NCBI GenBank assembly: GCA_016181965.1
Contig: JACOYH010000007.1
Coordinates: 7,110 to 71,109 of the forward strand
Direction of reading: 5' to 3'
DNA from: Candidatus Nealsonbacteria bacterium
Lineage (GTDB): Bacteria; Patescibacteriota; Minisyncoccia; Minisyncoccales; MHMH01
DNA length: 64,000 nucleotides
The notes below the pieces were generated by a model. The model was not told the origin of the DNA, ran no database searches, and saw only the letters and a list, made by a program, of their open reading frames with translations. Below, one piece after another: positions 24,101 through 31,400 of the stretch. Numbering within the stretch: the stretch's first letter is position 1; every line of letters begins with the position of its first letter. The position numbers were made by a program, and so were the translations under genes.

Positions 24101-25304
24101 TAAGCGCAGCAACAGTACTGCCGATCTGCTCGCCAGCGTATTTCAACTTGATATTGGAAATATCGTTGGTGGATGCAGAGCCGGTTTGAGTCACTACGAT
24201 TTTAGTCACATATACGGCCTCACTTGAACTGGCTGTAAAGTCCCAGGAAGCGATTTCCTGCTCGGTTGCTCCGGACAAAATAGTTGCGTTAGCTGGAGTC
24301 ACGTTAGCAGAAACGAATAATTCGCCGACTGAAATTCCAGCGATAGTCAAGGCCTTGCCGTATGCTGGGAATGTTCCGCTGACTGTGGCAGAAGTTGTGA
24401 CATCAGCGGCAGAATCAATACCCAACGTAATGCTGTCGCCGACAGTGGCAGTGCCCTTGGCGGCAACGCTAACTTTCACGGTTAGGTATTTGGTTGTGTT
24501 GGCAGGAATTTGCCAGGACAAGCCTGTAAATGTTGCCTTGTGCGTGTTGGTGTTTAAAGCCTGTGACGAGCCCAACTGGGTCGTGCCGTCATAGAGCTTA
24601 ACAGCAGAAACATCAGCGTCGGCTGACACGCTGTCTCGCTTTATTTTAATCTGGGTAACAGTATAGCCGGTAGTGCCGCCTTCGAATTTGAATTTAGCGG
24701 CGTCAGCATCAACTGCGGCCAAAGCTATTTGTCTTGCTGCCGGTGTGTCGGAAGCCAAACTTATAGCGGCTGTGCCTGATGGCGCTGGGGCAGGAGGCGG
24801 TGTCGATGGCACGCCAGATGACAACAATGCGTTCAGCTTAGCTCTGGTAGTTGAGCCAACGTAGCCGGTGCCTTTGGTCAATCCCCAAGAAGCCAAAATA
24901 TCGCTGGCGTATTTCTCTTGGAATTTGACAACCGCCGCTTTGGTCAAAGGACCAAAGTAGGTTGTTTCCATTCCCTTAGAACCAACGCCGGATGCGGCCA
25001 ATTGGGTGGCAGAATCGGAGTTTAAGACAATCTGAAGATATTTCACTTCATTACCAGAAGCGCCCAATTCAATGGCTGTCATAAAGGTGAAATCAGCCGG
25101 AACGCCTGTGATGGCGCCGCCGGTTGTTCCGCCCTCAACTGTGGACAGCTGCGATTGTAATGCGGCTATTTGAGCCAAAAGGGTGTCAATCTGGGCTTGA
25201 AGTTCGGCAGCTGTAATGGCTCCGGCAACTCCGGGGCCCATCAGCCATACAGCGGTGGTAATGGTCGTAACGGTCGCTACAATCTTTTTAGTTAATTTAT
25301 TCAT
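21117..25304 (-). CDS. giant (1395 aa) T/S/A/G-rich cell-surface protein: signal/anchor, coiled coil, PG-binding domain, Pro linker, six or more ~130-aa Ig-like repeats (S-layer or fibril candidate)
   Basis: [97 protein letters not shown]. Recurrent ...DIS.V.L.DG.TQ.GS... modules. Visibly higher G+C than the flanks. Confidence 0.8.
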   Translation of the reverse strand: [1395 protein letters not shown]

Positions 25305-25454
25305 TTTTTGTTTGTTTTTTGCGTTAAATTATTATTTCTTCAGAGTCATTATCGACCTTCCCACTGCCTTTTGGATATGAAGAATTCTTCTTTTAACTAA
25401 TGTGCCATTAGGCGACATTCAAAAAGAGATGGGATATGACCTCCAAATTCAAAA

Positions 25455-26204
25455 TTATTGGTTATTATGCGCCTGCCAAAGCTTGTATAGGGCTTCTTGG
25501 TAGAGCCCTGCGTCGTAATCCTGCATGGCCTGCTTTAGCAGTTCTTGTTTTTCTTCAGTTAATGTTCTGCTTGATAAATCCTCTATCAAATATCCGGCTG
25601 TCTGTTTCTCTAAAACGCTCAAAGCATTTTTCAAATCCTGCGTATCGCCAACCTCGGCGCCCAAGACCCTTTCTACTCTTTCTTTGTTTTCTGCTAATTT
25701 CAGGGTTTCTTCAACTAATTCTCGCAGCACAATAGCGTCCGAGCTGGTTACGTTGGCATCCATATCATTGAGATTCTGGGTGGCCTGCACCAAACTTGCC
25801 TGAAATTCTTTGATGGCCGGCTCTAATTTTCCAACCTGATTGCTTTCGGCTATTTGGCTTAATTCTGCCAGGCGCTTATTGGCTAATTGTAGCTGGACTT
25901 TTGGCTTTTCCATTTCCGAAGAAAATCCCACCTGCACGGTTTCAGTCGCTTTCTTGATTGAAAAGAAAAAGTCGCCGGGCATGGTGCCTTGCGCAAAGCC
26001 GAAAAGCCCGATAACAAGCACGACGCTCAAAATCGGAGCAAAGGCCAGCTTGTATCTGAAAACAGAAAATACCGAGGCCATTTCTTCCGCTTCCCTTGTC
26101 TGCTCTTGGGCCAGAATTCTGCTCTTAGTCAAAACAACCCAGTCCTTTCTGGGTTTGATTTCCTTGAGACATTTTAGATTGTGGATAAGTTCATTATCGG
26201 TCAT
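25455..26204 (-). CDS. membrane-anchored anti-sigma-like protein with a DUF5667-type helical domain
   Basis: ATG at 26204 (MTDNELIHNLKCLKEIKP...), one TM (LAFAPILSVVLVIGLFGF), then PGDFFFSIKKATETVQVGFS..KVQLQLANKRLAEL. The ORF-track start at 26333 is TTG and reads through a palindrome. Confidence 0.65.
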   Translation of the reverse strand: MTDNELIHNLKCLKEIKPRKDWVVLTKSRILAQEQTREAEEMASVFSVFRYKLAFAPILSVVLVIGLFGFAQGTMPGDFFFSIKKATETVQVGFSSEMEKPKVQLQLANKRLAELSQIAESNQVGKLEPAIKEFQASLVQATQNLNDMDANVTSSDAIVLRELVEETLKLAENKERVERVLGAEVGDTQDLKNALSVLEKQTAGYLIEDLSSRTLTEEKQELLKQAMQDYDAGLYQEALYKLWQAHNNQ

Positions 26205-26276
26205 ATCGGATATCGATTGTCTATTATAGTTATGACGGAAAAGAAGATATTTTGTTACACCAATATCCAGCCATCG

Positions 26277-26330
26277 TTTGTGATAGGCCGGGCTTATCAC
26301 AAGCTTGTGATAAGCCCGGCCTATCACAAA
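26277..26330. repeat. 54-bp perfect palindrome centred on ACAAGCTTGT, between the sigma and anti-sigma genes
   Basis: tttgtgataggccgggcttatcacaag|cttgtgataagcccggcctatcacaaa. Confidence 0.9.
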
Positions 26331-26349
26331 CAAACCGCTTATTACAAAC

Positions 26350-26850
26350 TTACTGTAATTCCGCTCTTAAGGCCTTCAGAGCTCTGTGGATAACCACCCT
26401 AACCGCCTCTTCCGACTTATTCAAAATCTTGGCAATTTCGGGAACCGTAAACTCATCCAAATAATACCAAACAATGATCTCCCGATAGTTGTCATTAACC
26501 TTAGCCAAAGCCGCCTTAATCCTCCCCACGTCAGAGGTCAGCATGGCTATTTCCTCCAAACTTTTTTCCCTGCTCTGCGCCTGCGGCACACTCTCCATTG
26601 AGACAAATTGGGCCTGCGCCTTTTGGCGGTATTGGTCGGTGACCAGATTACGGGCTATTTGATATAAAAATGCCTGTGGATTATCTATCTTGGACGCTTG
26701 TTTTTGGAAGGCCTCCCAACCCCTCGTAAATGTCTCGGAAGTAAGGTCTTCGGCGATTTCTTGAGAGTTCACCTTAAGGTAAATAAAGCGATAGATTTTA
26801 TCTACGCTTTTGTCGTATATTTTACCAAATTCTTTTTCTAATTGTGACAT
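26350..26850 (-). CDS. RNA polymerase sigma-70 family factor, ECF subfamily
   Basis: 166 aa with region 2 (IYRFIYLKV.SQEIAEDLTSETFTRGWEAF) and region 4 HTH (EFTVPEIAKILNKSEEAVRVVIHRALKALR). Confidence 0.85.
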   Translation of the reverse strand: MSQLEKEFGKIYDKSVDKIYRFIYLKVNSQEIAEDLTSETFTRGWEAFQKQASKIDNPQAFLYQIARNLVTDQYRQKAQAQFVSMESVPQAQSREKSLEEIAMLTSDVGRIKAALAKVNDNYREIIVWYYLDEFTVPEIAKILNKSEEAVRVVIHRALKALRAELQ

Positions 26851-26936
26851 TGACTGATTTATTGACTAAAAAATGTGACATTATGCTTAACAATTGTGCC
26901 ATTTTACATGCTTATGGCACAATTAATGTCACAATT
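26840..26936. promoter_or_regulatory. Cluster of five AAT(T)GTG(A/C)CAT(T) motifs arranged as nested inverted repeats
   Basis: 26840 aattgtgacatt (overlaps the sigma ATG), 26872 aatgtgacatt, 26892 aattgtgccatt, 26914 atggcacaatt (rc), 26925 aatgtcacaatt (rc). Further copies at 25399 and 27437. Confidence 0.6.
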
Positions 26937-27423
26937 TAATGCTGTAGTTGGCGCCCCGGCCGTTCCCTGTCCTGACAATACTACCACCCTTATACAGATC
27001 TTCCAAGTCCCTAATAAGGGTTCTTCGGCTCAACTGCGGGAAAATCTGTATAAGTTCGCCCACCCTGACTTTGTCTTTATTCTTAATAATTTCTACTATC
27101 TGTTCTTTACGAGTTCCGTTGCCCTTCTCTGCGTCTACGGAATCCGTAATCCGATCGTATTCTCTGCGTAAAACGATGAAATTGCGGCTATCGGCCAAGT
27201 TCTTTTTCTGCGCTCGGCCCAAAAAACTGTCCAGTTCTTTAATGCTTTCGCCCAAGGCCTCGGCAGTGAGGTATGGATTGGGCCAAATTAAATCAGCTAA
27301 TACCTTATTAGCTGATGTCCTAATTTGCTGTCGCAATAATTCATCTTCGGGCAATAATTCAGTGACCTTGTAGACAGCAAGAGTCAATTTAAGATAATGT
27401 TCTTTGCTATCATTTGACCACAT
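26929..27423 (-). CDS. putative transcriptional regulator: N-terminal four-helix-bundle (IVS-protein-like) domain plus C-terminal DeoR-type winged HTH
   Basis: HYLKLTLAVYKVTELLPEDELLRQQIRTSANKVLADLI; RKEQIVEIIKNKDKVRVGELIQIFPQLSRRTLIRDLEDLYKGGSIVRTGNGRGANY. Confidence 0.55.
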   Translation of the reverse strand: MWSNDSKEHYLKLTLAVYKVTELLPEDELLRQQIRTSANKVLADLIWPNPYLTAEALGESIKELDSFLGRAQKKNLADSRNFIVLRREYDRITDSVDAEKGNGTRKEQIVEIIKNKDKVRVGELIQIFPQLSRRTLIRDLEDLYKGGSIVRTGNGRGANYSIKL

Positions 27424-27429
27424 TTCCCT

Positions 27430-27458
27430 ATTTTATAATTGTGACATTGGAAAGTCAA
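27430..27458 (-). promoter_or_regulatory. sigma-70-type promoter of the wHTH gene (TTGACT-N17-TAAAAT), 6 nt from the ATG
   Basis: Minus strand: ttgact (27458-27453), 17-nt spacer containing aatgtcacaatt, taaaat (27435-27430), agggaa, ATG (27423). Confidence 0.6.
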
Positions 27459-27478
27459 CCTTATTGCTCGTTGAATTC

Positions 27479-27508
27479 TTGACACAGCATCTTGAAGATA
27501 GGTATAAT
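27479..27508 (+). promoter_or_regulatory. consensus sigma-70 promoter (TTGACA-N18-TATAAT), 6 nt from the ATG at 27515
   Basis: ttgaca 27479-27484, tataat 27503-27508, aaaact, ATG. Confidence 0.65.
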
Positions 27509-27514
27509 AAAACT

Positions 27515-27796
27515 ATGCAGGGTGACTTTTCTGAACTATCGCGGCATTTTGACGACAAATTTGAAGAACTCAAGCGGCGTCTTTTTGATTTAGAAAACAA
27601 GTTTTTGGAGATGAGCCGGAAAATAGACGATTTGCAAAGAAATAAAACAGATAAAACAGATCTCAATAATATTACAAACACTCTTAATGACCACGTCAGA
27701 AAGGCGGAAGTTGCATTCCAGCAAATAAATGAAATGACCCGCAAGGTAGATAATTGCGAAAGGCAGTTGAATGAACTCTCCGGCAGAATTAAATAA
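27515..27796 (+). CDS. small coiled-coil protein
   Basis: 93 aa from the ATG at 27515 (MQGDFSELSRHFDDKFEELKRRLFDLENKFLEMSRKIDDLQ...). The ORF-track start at 27404 is TTG and overlaps the divergent gene. Confidence 0.55.
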   Translation: MQGDFSELSRHFDDKFEELKRRLFDLENKFLEMSRKIDDLQRNKTDKTDLNNITNTLNDHVRKAEVAFQQINEMTRKVDNCERQLNELSGRIK

Positions 27797-27810
27797 TATT
27801 AAGTGTTATA

Positions 27811-27863
27811 TTGAGGGGTTTACGACATCCCTCATTAAGTGAGTGATGTCGTAAACCCCTCAA
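27811..27863. repeat. 53-nt hairpin (19-bp perfect outer arms plus inner stem) after the coiled-coil gene
   Basis: ttgaggggtttacgacatc c ctcat taa gtgag t gatgtcgtaaacccctcaa. No U-tract follows. Confidence 0.8.
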
Positions 27864-27884
27864 CCTGCGAAATAAAAATAAAAT

Positions 27885-28445
27885 ATGAGAAAAATAATTA
27901 TTCTCTTGGTTGTTTTAGGCCTCGCCGGCGCGGGCTTTTTTTATTGGTGGAACAATCAAGCAGATGTCAGGGAACTGAATAAAACCCTGCCCACAGGCGT
28001 AAGAATAGAAAAAAGCTTATTCGGCAATGAATATAAAGTAGTGAATAAGATTGATGGCTACTCGTTTAAAGTACCGCCAGAGTGGGAGGGGTTGGAGGAA
28101 GTTGAGTATATACCGGAAAGAGAAGAGTTAGGGTATGTAGGAAGTAGTCTGAATTTTAATGGCAAGGAGAAAGGCATCATAGGCGTTGCTATCGATCGCT
28201 TCACTGCCGGCGGGGATATGAGTATGGATTTAGAATCTTGGACGAAATTAGAGTTTGATGCCTTTGAATTAGTAGGAGATTTTAGTAAAGATAAGATTGG
28301 GACATTAGATATAGTAAAGACACAAGAGAACGTCCACTTCGCGGGTGAATATATATATTATCTAAAAAAAGACCAAATTATATACTCTCTCACGAGTCCT
28401 GCAAAAGGGTATATTGAATACATTATCACTAATGGACAATGGTAA
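27885..28445 (+). CDS. membrane-anchored hypothetical protein
   Basis: MRKIIILLVVLGLAGAGFFYWW anchor. 7-nt overlap with the downstream giant gene. Confidence 0.55.
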   Translation: MRKIIILLVVLGLAGAGFFYWWNNQADVRELNKTLPTGVRIEKSLFGNEYKVVNKIDGYSFKVPPEWEGLEEVEYIPEREELGYVGSSLNFNGKEKGIIGVAIDRFTAGGDMSMDLESWTKLEFDAFELVGDFSKDKIGTLDIVKTQENVHFAGEYIYYLKKDQIIYSLTSPAKGYIEYIITNGQW

Positions 28446-31400
28446 AAGCCATAAAATCTATAGGGGGTAAACTATCTTTGCAAAAGACGATTTTAACGAT
28501 TGCCATAGCCGCAATCGTTTTTTCTTTCTTGTCCAATTATTCTTTGGCCGGCCAAACAAAAGTCAACCAGCAAGAAATGCAAAGAATCAAACAGGGCTTG
28601 GATATTGTTAAAACAGCTTCAAGTTTCGGAAGCGTTCTTCTTGACGATGGCGGCTTAATGAAAGCGCTCAACACGGTTATCAAGGGCGGCAGCGCGGCCA
28701 CGGATGTCACCTACGGCCTGCTTGTCTTGAGCGCCGTCAACGAAATGGAACTAATGGATTTGGTGCTTTCGCAGGAGTATAAAACAATAGAAAGAGAATA
28801 TTTTGAACAAATTTTAGACGAGAGGACCAATTTAATATCTTATTGGAGAGGAGTTGGTTTTGACTTGCCCAAAGTGCTCTCTGGACAGATTACCGGCCCC
28901 ATGGCTGGCTTAACTTTAAACAGCTTTGCTATGACCAACAAAATTATCCATATTGCCACCGCGTTTGAAGTGTTAAAAAAAGGCCAACTGTATGATGGCC
29001 TATGGTATTACTTTGATTTAAGAAAAAATAGCAATGAGCCGCATGAAATAGCTTGGCGCGAAGCAAAAATGATACTTGGTTTTGCGACTAATTCAGTGGG
29101 ATTTCACGGACCAACACAAAGACAGAATAAAAGAATCGAGCTCGAAGCTCAATTCACATCCCTTTGGGATAAATGGGGGCTATACGCCACGCCAGGAGGC
29201 ATCAGTAATCAGTATCAAGAACAAGCAAAAGAGGAAATGAGAAGCATGCTGGCCGTGGCAGCTGAAACGCAAAGGTTAGCTGAAATAGAAAAACAAAAAG
29301 AACCATCTTGGCTATCAAAACAAATAGATGAACTCAAAACACTCGCGTCAGGCCTTGGAGAAAAAATTCACACTATGGTCTCCAAGATCGCCGACGCCAA
29401 TCCCTTTAGCGCCGGCCCAATTGTCCAATCGCCAAAAGATACACCGGTGGCACCGGTGCGAAATTCGGCCGGGCTTCAGAGCCCCAAAAACCGAGAATCA
29501 GAAGACCAAACCCCGACAGAAAGAGGCGAAGAAGCCCGGCTTCCTCGGGAAGCCGGGCTTCAGGTTCCACGAGAGGTCCCACGAGAGGTCAAACCTCAAG
29601 CGCCTCAAGAGATTGAAAGTGAAAAGACAACAGAGGAGAAAGTGAAAGATAAAGAGGTCCGAGAAGAGGAAAAAATTAAAATAGTCGAGATCAAACCCAC
29701 GCCAGATGAGCCGGGACTTTGCGAGAAAATTGCCGGGGACTTGCCTAAAAGATATAGGGCTTTCATTAACGAGGTGGCCTGGATGGGCAGTCAAAATTCG
29801 CCAAATGACGAATGGATTGAGCTGAAAAATATTTGGGGCTTACCCGTCAATCTTAACGGCTGGCAATTACAAGACAAAGACCAGCAAATAAAAATAATTT
29901 TTGAAGAAAATGATACTATTCCGGCCAGCGGATATTATCTTTTAGAAAGGACAAATGATGACTCAACGCCCAAAGCCAAGGCCGACAAAATATACACGGG
30001 CGCTTTAGGCAATAACAATGAGGCCTTATATTTATTTGATAATGACTGCCGATTGGAAGACGAAGTTATAGCCGATCCCAGTTGGCCAGGCGGCGACAAT
30101 ACCGCTAAAAAAACAATAGAACGGCTGGATCCCTTATACTGGTACACAAGCGCTTCTATAGGGGGCAGCGCCGGAAAAAACAACGGCACGCCTCCGGCAA
30201 TTTTAAAGCACCCCAGCGCGCCAACTCCCCCTTTGCCTGCTTCAGCGCCGACTTATCTTACAATTTTGATTGACGAAGTCAGAATTGATGGCGATGGAAA
30301 TATCAAAAACGATTCCGTTAAACTCTACAATCCCAACGATACGGCGGTTGATTTAACAAATTGGTATTTGCAAAGGAAAACAGCGAACTCTTCCGTATTC
30401 TCAACTTACGCGCCAAAATCGCTTTTTGCCGGAAAATCCATTGAGGCAAACGGATACTTTTTAATTGCTCACGCTTCTTCAACGTTCGCTACTTCCGCAG
30501 ACGCCATCACAACTTACTCTCTGACTCGAAATAATACCCTCGTCTTAAAAAATCCAAATGGTGAAATAGCGGACACGGCGGAGCCAGCAGAAAATAACGA
30601 AGAAACGGCGTCGTTATCGGTTGTTATCAACGAAATCGCTTGGGCAGGCGCTAAGGCCAATTCTGCCGATGAGTGGATTGAACTTTACAACAACACTACT
30701 TCAGGTATTGATTTGACTAATTGGTCAATTTTGAAAGATGACGAGGAATGGATTATCTTTTCCACCTCAAGCATCGTCTCGCAGGGATATTATTTATTGG
30801 AAAGAAGCGACGATCAGACAATCAGCGATATTACGGCCGACCAATTTTTTACCGGCGCTCTAAGCAACAGCGGCCAAAAATTAGAATTAAAAAATGCAGC
30901 CGGTGACTTAATGGACTTAATTGATTTTTCTTCTAATTGGCCAGCCGGCGAAGCCGCCCCAAACTATCTTTCAATGGAAAGGATATCTTCTACTTTCAGC
31001 GATTGGGCTAGCAATAATCGAATCTCAACAAACGGCTTGGGTAGCGGCAATAATGCCATCAACGGCACGCCGAAAGAAAAAAATAGCGTTTCGAAGTCCT
31101 TCACAGAAGTTGTCGGCGATCGCGTATTTTCAGACGACTTTACGCTTACAAAACTTGGCAGTCCTTATATTTGGGAGGGCTCCCTTATCATGGAGCAGGG
31201 GACTAAATTAACCGTCGAACCCGGCGTTACCGTAAAATTCAAGCACACTGCCCCTAACCAGCCCCACGCTCAAGTAAAAATAAAAGGCGAGATGGAGGCC
31301 ATTGGAACAAACGAGCAAGAAATAACTTTTACGTCTTTTCAGGAAAATAATTATTGGGACGGGCTTTATTTTGAGAATTCAAATTCTACTCTTGAAAATG

